A stretch of 63,642 bases of DNA from positions 1-63,642 of the forward strand of contig CAYZSW010000006.1 of assembly GCA_964481135.1 (NCBI GenBank), given 5' to 3'. Positions 24,086-34,735 of the stretch are shown here, in pieces. The notes under the pieces were generated by a model, which was not told the origin of the DNA, did no database searches, and saw nothing but the letters and a program-made list of their open reading frames with translations. Made by a program: the position numbers and the translations under genes. Each line of letters begins with the position of its first letter. Position 1 is the first letter of the stretch. The stretch comes from an uncultured Candidatus Saccharibacteria bacterium. Its GTDB lineage: Bacteria > Patescibacteriota > UBA1384 > JAMDBS01 > DAOVQR01.

Positions 24086-24320
24086 TAAAACAACACATTA
24101 CAATCAAATATCCTATATCTCAACTGTCTTTTTTAACAAAAAGACTCGGGTTTCCGCCTACACTAAAGTTTCGGCGGACAGGCAAGTCCCTTCCATCCCG
24201 CCATAAAACAACACATTACAATAAATATCATATATCTCAACTGTCTTTTTTAGCAAAAAGACTCGGGTTTCCGCCTACACTAAAGTTTCGGCGGACAGGC
24301 AAGTCCCTTCCATCCCGCCA
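24086..24320 (+). repeat. two tandem units (118 nt and 117 nt), each ending with a copy of the last 21 nt of tRNA-Asp (CAAGTCCCTTCCATCCCGCCA)
   Basis: Units 24086..24203 and 24204..24320 differ at only 3 positions. The 21-mer occurs at 24065..24085, 24183..24203 and 24300..24320. Each unit has hairpins GTCTTTTT-TA(A/G)C-AAAAAGAC and TCCGCC...GGCGGA. Confidence 0.9.
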
Positions 24321-24337
24321 GACAATTATTAAAAAAT

Positions 24338-24373
24338 AAAAAAAGACCATTCAAAATTACCTGGTCTTTTTTT
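24338..24373. terminator. bidirectional rho-independent terminator-like hairpin
   Basis: AAAAAAAGACCA-ttcaaaattacc-TGGTCTTTTTTT lies between the plus-strand tRNA-Asp locus and the end of the minus-strand parvulin gene. Confidence 0.7.
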
Positions 24374-24384
24374 ATTTTTTAATT

Positions 24385-25404
24385 TTATTCTTCTTGTTGT
24401 TCTTCTAGTTCCTGCGGTTGATCTTCTACCTGTTCAAATTCTATCTGACTTTCTGGTTTTTCTTTAGCAACATTTTTAAACCACTTTATAATTGGTTGAT
24501 TGTACCAAATATAAATCTTTGAATTTTCTTTAACTTCTTGAAACCACTCGGTGAATGATTGATCGATTTTACCCTTTTTCTCTTCAACTCTAATAATATG
24601 AAAACCAAAATCTGTTTTTACTAATTCTTCTTTTGTTTCCCCTGGCTCTATACTAAATGCAACTTCTTCAAATTGGGGTACCATCATGCCACGACCAAAC
24701 CAACCCAAATCTCCCCCGTTGTCTTTACTACCCGTATCTTCAGAAAATTCTTTTGCCAAATCTTCAAAACTTTTTTCATTGTTTTTTAGTTTATCTAATA
24801 CCTCATTTGCTTGACCCTCGTCTTTAATAAGAATATGTTTCGCACTTACCTGAGTAAATAAGTCCTTTTGAATTTTTTCCACCATTAACTGATCTTTAAT
24901 TAATTTTTTAAAATCTTTTTCATTCATTCCATACATTTCTGAAAGTATTTTTTTAACCTCATCAACGCCATTGTTTTGCTCTGCCATTTGATCAAATGTC
25001 TCATCTACTTCTTTGTTGGAAACTTTAATGCCATAACGATTAGCTTGTTGCCTCAATAGTTCTGTGTCAATCAGTTGATTTAACATTTGATCTGTTAATT
25101 CTTTTTCATCGGGCAGTGGCTGTTCTGTCTGCTGACTAAAATGCTTAATAAAACTCACCTGCTTTAATAACTCATCCACAGTAATCGGTCTAAAATTTAC
25201 CCACGCAGCTGGATAAGAGTAAAAACTATAAACAATTTTTGGAAGTTTGTTTTCTTGATGGAAACCATAAATTGCAATCGCAAAACTAATACCCAATACA
25301 AAATAAACTACTAGTAAAATTATTGCTGCTTTAATGGTCAATTGAAGCCACTTAGGACGATTATTACCAAAAGCCGGCTGACTAGATTTATTTTCAATTT
25401 TCAT
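24385..25404 (-). CDS. membrane-anchored parvulin-type peptidyl-prolyl isomerase (PrsA/SurA-like)
   Basis: 339-aa ORF with an N-terminal TM. The PpiC domain reads VSAKHILIKDE...GGDLGWFGRGMMVPQFEEVAF...FGFHIIRVEEK. It has an acidic C-terminal tail. Confidence 0.8.
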   Translation of the reverse strand: MKIENKSSQPAFGNNRPKWLQLTIKAAIILLVVYFVLGISFAIAIYGFHQENKLPKIVYSFYSYPAAWVNFRPITVDELLKQVSFIKHFSQQTEQPLPDEKELTDQMLNQLIDTELLRQQANRYGIKVSNKEVDETFDQMAEQNNGVDEVKKILSEMYGMNEKDFKKLIKDQLMVEKIQKDLFTQVSAKHILIKDEGQANEVLDKLKNNEKSFEDLAKEFSEDTGSKDNGGDLGWFGRGMMVPQFEEVAFSIEPGETKEELVKTDFGFHIIRVEEKKGKIDQSFTEWFQEVKENSKIYIWYNQPIIKWFKNVAKEKPESQIEFEQVEDQPQELEEQQEE

Positions 25405-25494
25405 ATTTTTCCTTTCATAAAACCTTTAAGATTTGATTTGTAAATCAAAAATTCGGCATTATAAATTAAGTTAATCAGTAAATTAGTTGATATT

Positions 25495-26112
25495 TTAATA
25501 TGCATACCATGTAGTCGTTATTATTATAGCAAAAATTATTAATAATCCAATAGTAAAATATTGATATACTTGATTAAATACAAACTTTTTATTTTGCCAT
25601 GCCAAAACCAAACCTTCAATAATATAAAATACAACTAGCAAAATAATTGCTTTACCTCTTGGGTCGGTTGGCCAAGGAATTAATGTTAAAAATACCTCAA
25701 CAAGCAAAAGATTATATAATGCAAAATAAAAGTATTTTATATTGTTATTCAATTTATCTAAACTATTTCCTAATTGCATATTATTAACAACAAAATAAAT
25801 AATAATATTTAATGAAATTATTAAAAATAATAAAACAGACCACAATGACCAGTTCAGTGAATAATAAATACTATAGCTTGAAAAGAATACTAAATATAAC
25901 GCTGGATATACTAAAAATTCAATTTTATTTTTCGTAAAATATTGATAAATTAAAACTATACTTACTATATAAAGAAAATACTTTACTGGACTGAAAGTTT
26001 CAAATAATGACAAAGAAAATATAGTAAGTAGAAAAAAAAATAATACTAATAAATTGCTAGGGTTTAGAATTTCTTTTATTTTTGATATTTTATTTATCAT
26101 AATTATTACCAA
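25495..26112 (-). CDS. polytopic membrane protein, hypothetical
   Basis: 205-aa ORF that is almost entirely hydrophobic spans. The start is uncertain because it overlaps the upstream gene. Confidence 0.45.
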   Translation of the reverse strand: MVIIMINKISKIKEILNPSNLLVLFFFLLTIFSLSLFETFSPVKYFLYIVSIVLIYQYFTKNKIEFLVYPALYLVFFSSYSIYYSLNWSLWSVLLFLIISLNIIIYFVVNNMQLGNSLDKLNNNIKYFYFALYNLLLVEVFLTLIPWPTDPRGKAIILLVVFYIIEGLVLAWQNKKFVFNQVYQYFTIGLLIIFAIIITTTWYAY

Positions 26113-27478
26113 TAATTAAAACCATATCTGGATAAGAACTATCTGGTTTTGGTTGGACTTCTGAAGAGGCATCGAATCTATTTTTAAGAAATTGTAATGT
26201 ATATGATTTTTGATTGTTGGAATAATCAATAATTTTTGATTGACTTAGTGTTGTATCATTAGTTCCAATTTTCACAATATTATATCCATAACTTTTAAGC
26301 ATTTCTGATACTTCTTTAGCTACACCTTTCTGGCTAGTTGCGTTTAATATTTCAATTTGTGCTTTTTCTTGAGCCAAATAAGTATCCGAAAATAATTCAT
26401 GTGCCATTTTCTGTATTTCTTTAAAATTACCGGTTCTAGGTACCAAATAATAACCACCCTGACTAATTGCTTTTAAAGGACCATCTGCACTTGAATCCAA
26501 AACCTTAGCAGTAATTTCCGAAGTATCTAAATCTTTGACAATCTCAAACAATCTTTGCATTTCATTTAATTGCATATCGGTTCTTAAATGATCACCTAAT
26601 ATATTCATGAGATTAGATAATTTTTTAGGGTTAAATAAGGTTTGGGCACTTAGAGATTTTTCTTTTACAGCGATCATTATTTCCTGTTGACGACGAGAAC
26701 GATCAAAATCAGATGTTGTCTGTCTGGATCGTGCATATTTTAATGCGGTAGCGCCATTCATTTGTTGAACACCTGTCTTTATATAAAAAGGAGAATATCC
26801 TTTCATCGCTTCATCGGGATAATATGGGTCTGATATCGCCTTAGTAACATCAATACTAATACCGCCTAATGCGTCGATAAATTTAACAAAACCGTCAAAA
26901 TCTATTCGGATATAATAATGTATTGGTAAATCTAAAATATCTGAAACAGTTTTTTTCATTAGATCCGGTCCACCATCTTTGTTTCTACTCACCCCCAAAG
27001 AATGTGCTGCATTGATCTTTTGTTGACCGTGGCCAGGTATCGGAACACGCAAATCTCTAGGCAAAGAAAGCATTGCGGCAGTTTTATCCTTTGGATTAAT
27101 ACTAACAACTTCAATAGAATCGGCAAGTTGACCGCCTGGATGGTTAGCTCCGGCAATGCCTATTAATAAAATATTAATTCTGCTGTCCCCTTCGCCTTTT
27201 AATTCATTGGGGTTAATTTCTCCTATAAAAAATGGGGATCCACCATCAACATTTTTTGTAATTATTTTACCTAATGTTGAAAAAGCACTTACACTAGCCC
27301 AAACCAGGACGGCAAGCACAATAAAACCAATAATAATTAATGGCTTCTTCCATTTTTTTGAAGAGGTTTTAGTGTAGTCAGACACTTTTGAATTTTTATC
27401 TTTAATCAAAGCGCCTTCGTTGTCCACAATATGTTTCCTTTTTGATTTGTTTTTGTTCCAGAACAAAATTTTCTCCAA
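26090..27478 (-). CDS. LytR-CpsA-Psr (LCP) family cell-envelope phosphotransferase with C-terminal LytR_C-like domain
   Basis: 462-aa ORF (TTG start in the track) with an N-terminal TM. The LCP core reads RINILLIGIAG...DSIEVVSINP...MLSLPRDL...INAAHS. The C-terminal part is IEILNATSQKGVAKEV. Confidence 0.8.
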   Translation of the reverse strand: MEKILFWNKNKSKRKHIVDNEGALIKDKNSKVSDYTKTSSKKWKKPLIIIGFIVLAVLVWASVSAFSTLGKIITKNVDGGSPFFIGEINPNELKGEGDSRINILLIGIAGANHPGGQLADSIEVVSINPKDKTAAMLSLPRDLRVPIPGHGQQKINAAHSLGVSRNKDGGPDLMKKTVSDILDLPIHYYIRIDFDGFVKFIDALGGISIDVTKAISDPYYPDEAMKGYSPFYIKTGVQQMNGATALKYARSRQTTSDFDRSRRQQEIMIAVKEKSLSAQTLFNPKKLSNLMNILGDHLRTDMQLNEMQRLFEIVKDLDTSEITAKVLDSSADGPLKAISQGGYYLVPRTGNFKEIQKMAHELFSDTYLAQEKAQIEILNATSQKGVAKEVSEMLKSYGYNIVKIGTNDTTLSQSKIIDYSNNQKSYTLQFLKNRFDASSEVQPKPDSSYPDMVLIIGNNYDK

Positions 27479-27493
27479 CTTAGTAATTAGTAA

Positions 27494-27576
27494 TGAATTT
27501 CCCTGTAGCTTAAGACCACAGGGTTTCCCCGGCCTCGCTCCGCAAAGCGGGGCGGGCTGACGAAGGGTGATAAAAA
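27494..27576. repeat. GC-rich structured element A (homologous to element B at 46174) with an extra nested GC hairpin
   Basis: ATGAATTTCCCTGTAGCTTAAGACCACAGGGTTTCC[CCGGCCTCGCTCCGCAAAGCGGGGCGGG]CTGACGAAGGGTGATAAAAAA. The flanks match 46174..46228 almost base for base. Confidence 0.7.
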
Positions 27577-27678
27577 ATTTTAAATAGTTATTATTGTAAA
27601 TTTTGCCTAAATAAAAAAATAAAAACCGTGCACATAAATAATTAAATTTTTACAAACTTATTATACAATATTTTTTCT

Positions 27679-28083
27679 TTATAAACTAGTTGTGTAAAAC
27701 TGTTTGACCGGATTTGCAAAAAAATAATTATTTTTTTTATTATTTTTTTCATCAATTATTTTAATTTCTTTTAATTCAATTTCATTTTGATTATATTTAC
27801 AACCCTTAATACCAAAAACTGGTATATTCAATGTCCAAGCCAATGTATTCGCTATGCAAATACCTACTCTCACAGAAGTTAAAGACCCAGGACCACAATA
27901 AACAATTATTGCTTTAATTTTTGTTAAGCTAATCTTATTAATTTGTAAAATAATATCTATTTGTTTTAAAACATCTTTTCTATTGTTTGTTACAACTTTC
28001 CACGATTTTTCGTACTGAATTTTTTTGTTCTTGTACAAATAAATAGAGTTTTGTATGCCATTGGTATTAATAATTAAAATCAT
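27679..28083 (-). CDS. tsaB: TsaB (YeaZ)-like protein, short form
   Basis: 134-aa ORF. GPGSLTSVRVGICIANTLAW matches the GPGSFTGLRIG signature of TsaB. It is adjacent to tsaE and has only the N-terminal domain length. Confidence 0.6.
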   Translation of the reverse strand: MILIINTNGIQNSIYLYKNKKIQYEKSWKVVTNNRKDVLKQIDIILQINKISLTKIKAIIVYCGPGSLTSVRVGICIANTLAWTLNIPVFGIKGCKYNQNEIELKEIKIIDEKNNKKNNYFFANPVKQFYTTSL

Positions 28084-28145
28084 ATTTATCCTTATTTTGA
28101 AACTTATTTACTTATTTATGATTAAGTAAAAAAATATTTTAAAAG

Positions 28146-28592
28146 TTATTTTGATGTTTTGATGATAATTGTTCTTTGTGTTTTCTTATAATATTTTAAA
28201 TGAATTTCTAAATATTTTTTTGGGACAGTATTTCCTAATCTGTCTGGCCATTCAATAAATACATATTGATTATCTTTTAGAAAGTTATCGGAAAAATCTT
28301 GTACAATAGCATCGTTCTTTTTTAAACGATAAAGATCTATGTGAACTAATTGATTATAATTTTTATTAAACAAATTCTTACAAATTTTATATTTTTTCTC
28401 TAAAACAAAAGTAGGCGATTGTATCTTTTGTTTAATACCCAGCTTTTTTGCAAACAGTTGTACTAATGTTGTCTTTCCAGTCCCTAATTCACCTTTTAAC
28501 AAAAATATATTGTATTTTTTATACTCTCTTAGTATTTTTTCGGCTACATCACTGGTTTGCCTAACATTTTTAACGATAATTTTTTCTTCCAT
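28146..28592 (-). CDS. tsaE: tRNA t6A biosynthesis ATPase TsaE (YjeE)
   Basis: It has a Walker A loop LKGELGTGKTTLV, then PTFVL and HIDLYRL motifs. I prefer the start at MEEKIIVK (28592) over the track start 28652, which lies deep inside the upstream gene. Confidence 0.8.
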   Translation of the reverse strand: MEEKIIVKNVRQTSDVAEKILREYKKYNIFLLKGELGTGKTTLVQLFAKKLGIKQKIQSPTFVLEKKYKICKNLFNKNYNQLVHIDLYRLKKNDAIVQDFSDNFLKDNQYVFIEWPDRLGNTVPKKYLEIHLKYYKKTQRTIIIKTSK

Positions 28593-30913
28593 ATATTTTC
28601 TCCCAATAAAATTATACATAATACGCTCGAAATAATTATAATATAGTAACAAATAAATATCAATTTTTTTCTTAATTCTAAACGATTTATATTTTTTTTG
28701 CCAGATAAAGCATTGGCTAATAAAAAATCTTCAAGATTCTTTTTTGTTGTATAACTTAGGTTGTGAGATTTGGTTTTTTTTGGTTTACTAATTTTTGCAA
28801 TTGTAGCAGTTTTTTTACTTTTCTTTTTTTTAGGTTGTCGATATAATACTTTAATATCATCTTCAAATCTTGGCAGTAGACTGCACCCTGCATGACTACA
28901 ATAAATAATACCAGTGATTTGAATAATATCACCTCTAGACATTTTTTGTCTTTTAAAATTTGCTGTATTTCTTATTGTAATTTTTATCTGTCCTGTTTCG
29001 TCTTCAATATAAAATATTTGCCCCGCTAGTTTTACTACCCAACCGGTTATTGTTATGAGTGTACCTTCGATTTCTGGATTTATTTGTTCGATATACATTT
29101 TTTCGGCCGGTGGACTTTTATTGTCAATATTAATAATTCTAATCCACGAAGGATCTTTGATTTTTATTCTTCGATAATATTCGCCCGATAACTGACCATA
29201 TACTTCAATATAATTTCCTAATCCTATTTCCGGAAATAATTTATAATAAGAATATATTTGAATTGCCGCACTATCGTCTTGTATATAAAAATATTGATTA
29301 GATAAAATCTTTGGAATTACCGTAACATAACCTTTTACTAAAACATAAGAATTATTTTTCAACTCTCTGGCTTGTTTAATATTTTCCACCTGAGCTGGCG
29401 GTTTTGGCCAATTTGATTGGAATGATTCAATGGGTTTTTTATTTTTTGCACCAGGTGTTATTTCATAATACCAATACCACGATCCGTCTTCAGATCTATT
29501 ATAACTCCAACCTTTTTTAGGTGATTTTTCATATCTAACTTCTTCGGCAACACTAAAATCTGGTCTTAATAAGCGAACCGAATCACCATTATTGTTTAAA
29601 GTAATTTTAGAATCTGTAATTTTTACAACTAAATATCCATACGGGCCAATTATTGTCCCTGTAGGGATTAGATATGGTTTACTACCACCCTCCTCATCGT
29701 CAAGCAATAAATTACCTAAATCAATTTTTCTATTTGTTGGGTTGTATAACTCAATCCACTCTTCTTCTTTATCTGGGCCCTCTGGATTGGGAATAAATTC
29801 ATTAATTATAACCGGAAGGGGCTTATTAAAATAGTTCCAAATACCTTTTTGGTTTAGTTGTGCATCGATTTGCTTATTTTCCCAAGCTTTTTGATGTATT
29901 AAAGGATTTGACAAATAATATGTTTTGGAAAATCCATTTTCAACAGACAAAGTATTAATTATTTTATCTTCATATATAATTGCTGCAAGTAACCTATCGT
30001 ACCTATCATACTGATATTTTAATTCTGAAGATACTAATATTTTAATATTTTTTTTATCAATTTCTTCTTTAATAAAATCAGTAGCTTCTTGATAATAGGG
30101 TTCGTTAATTTTATAACTACTGGACTTAGAAGATTCAGGAGCATCAATTCCAATTAATCTAACTCTCTGATTATCTCCGTTTAAATTTATATTTATTGTG
30201 TCTCCATCAACTACATATAAAACAGATGCATCTGCCTGCAAACAATTTTCTGAGTTAATGTTCAAATATTTGTAAACTTCTAATGGATAACTTTCAGTAC
30301 ATGGGGTAAAAACTGGTGGACTATTTGCATATTTTGGTGTTCCTTTTTCTGATCTTTGAGAAATGAAATTTATTGTTTGAGTAGATGTGTGCCAGCTAGA
30401 AGGTAACAATCCGTCATTAAAATCGTCGTTTCTCTCCATGGAATATCTTTGATTTTTATTGCCTGCAGGCCATATATCTCCTTTGGCAATATCAACAATA
30501 TTTCCTTCCAAATCTTTAAGAACTAAATTCCCATTTGATTCATCGGACAAAGAAACACTCGCCAAAAAATCTGATTCAATATCTAATATAGATCTTTCAT
30601 CATTTTTTTGATATCTAGAAATTAAAAAAAATCCTTTAGCAGGAATAACAAATCTTTCCTCTGTGTTTTTATCATTCTTTATATAAATCGATTTATTGCT
30701 TGTACCCAGATTTTCGATTTCCCAACCAGTAATATCTATTTCATAATCTCTAGTATTTCTAAGTTCTAACCACTCATCACGCCAATTACTTGAAGAACCG
30801 GACCACATAACCTCATTAATAATAATTTCTTGAGTAGAAATTGAAAATACTTTTGTCGCAAAAAACAAACTAAAGATGAAAATCCCTCCAATTATTATTT
30901 TATAAATTTTCAT
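28544..30913 (-). CDS. surface-anchored nuclease: two lamin-tail (LTD) domains, a staphylococcal-nuclease (SNase) domain and an OB-like region
   Basis: 789-aa ORF with an N-terminal signal/TM and a C-terminal TM (LIFICYYIIIISSVLCIILLG). The LTD motifs are INEVMWSGSS...WLELRN and INEFIPNPEG...EWIELYN. The SNase motif is VVDGDTININL...VRLIGIDAPES. Confidence 0.8.
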   Translation of the reverse strand: MKIYKIIIGGIFIFSLFFATKVFSISTQEIIINEVMWSGSSSNWRDEWLELRNTRDYEIDITGWEIENLGTSNKSIYIKNDKNTEERFVIPAKGFFLISRYQKNDERSILDIESDFLASVSLSDESNGNLVLKDLEGNIVDIAKGDIWPAGNKNQRYSMERNDDFNDGLLPSSWHTSTQTINFISQRSEKGTPKYANSPPVFTPCTESYPLEVYKYLNINSENCLQADASVLYVVDGDTININLNGDNQRVRLIGIDAPESSKSSSYKINEPYYQEATDFIKEEIDKKNIKILVSSELKYQYDRYDRLLAAIIYEDKIINTLSVENGFSKTYYLSNPLIHQKAWENKQIDAQLNQKGIWNYFNKPLPVIINEFIPNPEGPDKEEEWIELYNPTNRKIDLGNLLLDDEEGGSKPYLIPTGTIIGPYGYLVVKITDSKITLNNNGDSVRLLRPDFSVAEEVRYEKSPKKGWSYNRSEDGSWYWYYEITPGAKNKKPIESFQSNWPKPPAQVENIKQARELKNNSYVLVKGYVTVIPKILSNQYFYIQDDSAAIQIYSYYKLFPEIGLGNYIEVYGQLSGEYYRRIKIKDPSWIRIINIDNKSPPAEKMYIEQINPEIEGTLITITGWVVKLAGQIFYIEDETGQIKITIRNTANFKRQKMSRGDIIQITGIIYCSHAGCSLLPRFEDDIKVLYRQPKKKKSKKTATIAKISKPKKTKSHNLSYTTKKNLEDFLLANALSGKKNINRLELRKKLIFICYYIIIISSVLCIILLGENIWKKKLSLKMLGKPVM

Positions 30914-30915
30914 TT

Positions 30916-31743
30916 TTAAAATTTAATTTCTTGACCTTCTTGTAATTCTCCTTCTTGTGAATATTTGTTTTTTTTAAAATCTTGACTTTTTCCAAGATTA
31001 ATTAAAGTATTTTCGTTAATAATTAAGGACTTATTATTTTTGCTCGTATTTGTAAGATTGGCCACGGGCTGATTTATCTTAGAATTATTAATCGAATTTT
31101 TATTTATATTTTTATTGTTGTTATTTACTTTCTTATTAATTAAATTATTATTTTGCTTTTTAACAAATATTTCTTGAGTTATTTGGGAATTATTGTTAAT
31201 AATTGATTCGTGCAATTTCATAATAGTATTGGCGATTTTGTAAGGTCTCGGTACATTTTCCATGATAAAATTTGGTGCCTCACCAGCAGTTTCTACATAA
31301 ACTGTACCATAACGAAATAAAGTTTGCCAAAAACCATTCATTTTAGAAGAAACATCTTGGACTCTAGCCAAGTTTTGCTCCGAAACTTCTCTTCTAAACA
31401 AACCAATATTTTTAATATTAACTAAATGATTTGAAGTAATCACAATAACATCTAAATAATAATTTATCCACGAAGTTAAACTTACAGCAAAAATTAATAA
31501 AAGATAACAAGCAATAGTTACAATTATGTAATGGATATTCTTACTAATAAAAATTCCTTTAATAATATCTTCTTGGAATATTACAAAAGGGATTATCAAT
31601 GCAACAACTAACGAAATTATACTAACTATCCATGAACCCATAGACAAAGGATGTCTTCTTATAAAATGAATAATTTTTTCGTCTGATTGCTGTTCGTCAT
31701 AATAAGCACCCTTGCTAAGCATATAAACTCCATCTTGTAACAA
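30916..31743 (-). CDS. membrane protein with bacterial PH (YdbS/YdbT-like) domain and Asn-rich tail
   Basis: 275-aa ORF. IIHFIRRHP is followed by two TM spans and then a soluble beta-rich segment, the architecture recalled for bPH_2 proteins. The C-terminus is low-complexity N/K-rich. Confidence 0.5.
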   Translation of the reverse strand: MLQDGVYMLSKGAYYDEQQSDEKIIHFIRRHPLSMGSWIVSIISLVVALIIPFVIFQEDIIKGIFISKNIHYIIVTIACYLLLIFAVSLTSWINYYLDVIVITSNHLVNIKNIGLFRREVSEQNLARVQDVSSKMNGFWQTLFRYGTVYVETAGEAPNFIMENVPRPYKIANTIMKLHESIINNNSQITQEIFVKKQNNNLINKKVNNNNKNINKNSINNSKINQPVANLTNTSKNNKSLIINENTLINLGKSQDFKKNKYSQEGELQEGQEIKF

Positions 31744-32002
31744 TTAATAAAATGACGCTTAAAACTATCACTGTTCCTGATACAGTTGTATATATTATAA
31801 CTATAGGTCTTATTGTGCTTTCAGTATGAGAATACCTATAAAGCTGATTGATCGCAAACAATGAATAAATTCCAAAAATTATGACATAAGTTAAATAGAA
31901 TAAATAAAGATACAAATTGTAACTTATAATTAAGAAAAATATTATACCTAAAAAAATTATTGGCAGTAAATAAATCAAATATTTTTTAATTTTATTTATC
32001 AT
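31715..32002 (-). CDS. small membrane protein
   Basis: 95-aa ORF with three hydrophobic spans. It has a 4-nt overlap with ruvB. Confidence 0.4.
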   Translation of the reverse strand: MINKIKKYLIYLLPIIFLGIIFFLIISYNLYLYLFYLTYVIIFGIYSLFAINQLYRYSHTESTIRPIVIIYTTVSGTVIVLSVILLIVTRWSLYA

Positions 32003-33015
32003 AATAATTTTTGTTTGGAAGGAATTTGTCCAATATGCTTACCCCCCAAATCTGTAATTACCCTGCCCCTAGAGGTTCTTTTTAAAAAACCAATTTGCAT
32101 TAAATAAGGCTCGTAAACATCGCAAATCGAGTTTGGCTCTTCACCTGTTGCAGCTGCAATAGTTTGTACACCAACTGGCCCACCGTTAAATTTTCTACTT
32201 ATTGTATCTAAAATTAAGATATCTGATTTATCTAAACCTATCGAATCAATCTCAAGCATTTCCAGTGTTTGATTGACAATTTTTTTATTGATTTTTCCTT
32301 GATTTTTTACTTGTGCAAAATCTCTTATTCTTTTAATTAAACGATTTGCAATTCTTGGTGTAGAGCGTGATCTTTTTGATATTTCGATTAAACTTTCTTT
32401 GTCCAAGGAAATGTTTAAAATTTTTGCTGAACGATTAATAATCTGCTGCATATTTTGATTATTGTAATAATCTAGCTTACATACAAGACCAAATCTATCT
32501 CTCATTGGAGAAGAAATCGAACCAATTCTGGTAGTTGCACCTACTAAAGTAAAATTCGGTAAGTCCAAACGCATAGTCTTGGCTGAAGGTCCTTTACCAA
32601 CTATTAAATCTAAAACATAATCTTCCATTGCAGGATACAAAATTTCTTCAACAATTTTATTAAGACGATGAATTTCGTCAATAAACAAAACATCTCCATC
32701 TGACAAATTAGTTAAAATTGAAGCTAAATCCCCGGGTCTTTCAATCGCAGGTCCTGATGTTACTTTAATAGATGCATCCATTTGATCTGCAATAATATGA
32801 GCCAATGTAGTTTTACCTAAACCAGGAGGACCATAAACTAAAACATGCTCTAGGGCATGATTCCTTTTTCTGGCTGCTTGTGAAAAAATTTTAATACTGT
32901 CTTTGATTTTTTCTTGACCAATAAACTCATCTAATTTTTGAGGTCTTAAATTAACATCAAGCTTTTTGTCTTCAATAGTAATATTTTGATTAATAACTAA
33001 ATTATTTTTTTGCAT
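31999..33015 (-). CDS. ruvB: Holliday junction branch-migration helicase RuvB
   Basis: 338-aa ORF with LRPQKLDEFIGQEKIK, Walker A GPPGLGKTTLA, Walker B LFIDEIHRL and sensor GATTR. Confidence 0.95.
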   Translation of the reverse strand: MQKNNLVINQNITIEDKKLDVNLRPQKLDEFIGQEKIKDSIKIFSQAARKRNHALEHVLVYGPPGLGKTTLAHIIADQMDASIKVTSGPAIERPGDLASILTNLSDGDVLFIDEIHRLNKIVEEILYPAMEDYVLDLIVGKGPSAKTMRLDLPNFTLVGATTRIGSISSPMRDRFGLVCKLDYYNNQNMQQIINRSAKILNISLDKESLIEISKRSRSTPRIANRLIKRIRDFAQVKNQGKINKKIVNQTLEMLEIDSIGLDKSDILILDTISRKFNGGPVGVQTIAAATGEEPNSICDVYEPYLMQIGFLKRTSRGRVITDLGGKHIGQIPSKQKLL

Positions 33016-33221
33016 ATTAACCTTTTAACATTTTTGCAAATGATAAGATAAGAAGTCGTTTCATACTTTATCATATATAAAAAAATAAACCTTAGCAAGG
33101 ATTTTTATATATTAATTCAATATTTAAAATAATATATTACTTCTTGTGTTTTATTAATATTATAATCAACTACCTCGCAGCAAGCTAAGAGATATAAATT
33201 GAAATAATTTATACGAAGCAA

Positions 33222-33297
33222 CCTGCCTGCCTGTCTGCCGACAAAGCAGGCAAGGCAGGGCTTCGGGTAATTCACCCACTTGTCCGCCTTTGGCGGA
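33222..33297. repeat. GC-rich structured island C, containing the core CCTGTCTGCCGACAAAGCAGGCAAGGCAG
   Basis: The nested stems are CCTGCC/GGCAGG and TGCCTG/CAGGCA, followed by GGGT-AATTC-ACCC and TCCGCC-TTT-GGCGGA hairpins. A 29-nt segment matches 26/29 with 56910..56938. Confidence 0.7.
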
Positions 33298-33315
33298 TTA
33301 AAAGCAAATTATTTT

Positions 33316-34560
33316 TTATGGTAAATAGCTGATAGGATTAACCCTATTGCCATTTTCCCATACCTCAAAATGAAGATGAGGACCGGTTGACCAACCAGTA
33401 TTACCTAAATAACCAATTACATCACCTCTTTTTACTTCTTGTCCTGGCGAAACAGTGTAACTCATTAGATGGGCATATAATGTAGAATATTTAGAATTAT
33501 GAGCTATTACAACATATTTGCCATAACCATAATAACGACCATCGGTCATCATATCTCTAACTGTAACAACAGTACCATCTGCTGAAGAATATATTGGAGT
33601 GCCTTGAATATTAACTAGATCTATCCCGGTATGAAAAGATTGAAAAGGTGTTGACGAACCATAATAACAACTAATGTATCGATAATTTGCAGGCCAGGAT
33701 AACCCTACAGGCGATGTACCTTTGTCCTTAGGAGCAACACTACCACCACCCTGAGAGGATCTCCTAATTTCTGCTTGAATATTTGCAATTTGCGATTCAA
33801 CTTGTGTAGTAAGCCGCTTTGCTTCCTCAACCTGATCTTCAAGCTTTGATTGTTGAACTTTTGTATCTTTTAGAACAACCTCTTTTTCCTTTTTTTGAGA
33901 ATCTAAACTTATTTTATACGCTTGTTGTTCACCTTTTAATGACGCAAGATTTGCTTTCTTTTTATCCAATTCTGATTTTTTATTTTCTAAATCAGTTTTA
34001 ATTTGGTTAATTCTATTGATTGATGCTTCTAATTTTGACTCTAAAATTTCAAAATAATGATTTTGATTGATAACTTCAGATAAGTTATTTACACTAATTA
34101 TTATTTCCCAAAAATTCTTCCTACCTGTTTGATACAATTCGACCAAAGTGTTTTCTTTATTTTGATTTTCAATTACTAGCTCTTTTTGTCTATCTTCTAT
34201 TTCAGTATTGGTTTGGTTGATTTCTTTTTCTGTGCTAGATATTTGACCTGTTAAAGAATTAATTCTTTTTTCTGTTTCTGAAATATTACCTTGTAGATTT
34301 TCGATTGAATTTGAAAGATTTGTCGCCTCTTGTTTTTTTTCTTTTGCAGCAGACTGCTTGTCTTGCATTTCTTGTTTAGCATTGTTTTGCTGGCTATATA
34401 ATTCTCTTAATCTAGTAGATAAATCTGAAGCTAATAATAATCCTGAGGAATTAAATAAAAAACATAAAACAGCAATATATATTAATATCTTAGGTAATAT
34501 AATTACATGAGAGAAATATTTATTTTTAGATTTATTTGTTTTATTCATTTTACCCCTCAT
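33316..34560 (-). CDS. M23 (LytM) peptidase with long N-terminal coiled coil (EnvC/PcsB-like)
   Basis: 414-aa ORF with an N-terminal TM and a Q/E/K-rich heptad region. The C-terminal part reads HTGIDL...YAHL...GNTGWSTGPHLHFEV. Confidence 0.85.
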   Translation of the reverse strand: MRGKMNKTNKSKNKYFSHVIILPKILIYIAVLCFLFNSSGLLLASDLSTRLRELYSQQNNAKQEMQDKQSAAKEKKQEATNLSNSIENLQGNISETEKRINSLTGQISSTEKEINQTNTEIEDRQKELVIENQNKENTLVELYQTGRKNFWEIIISVNNLSEVINQNHYFEILESKLEASINRINQIKTDLENKKSELDKKKANLASLKGEQQAYKISLDSQKKEKEVVLKDTKVQQSKLEDQVEEAKRLTTQVESQIANIQAEIRRSSQGGGSVAPKDKGTSPVGLSWPANYRYISCYYGSSTPFQSFHTGIDLVNIQGTPIYSSADGTVVTVRDMMTDGRYYGYGKYVVIAHNSKYSTLYAHLMSYTVSPGQEVKRGDVIGYLGNTGWSTGPHLHFEVWENGNRVNPISYLP

Positions 34561-34735
34561 TTTTATTATAAAATGGTTAGATTAAAAATCAAGTATACTA
34601 AAATAACTTATTTTAATAATTAAATATTACATAATTTTTTCGCAAACAACAGGTTAAAAACAAATAATTGATTTTAAAAATATTCAAAAGCATAAAAAAT
34701 ATTTTTTGTGTGTGGAAAAAAAGTGGATAAGTTAT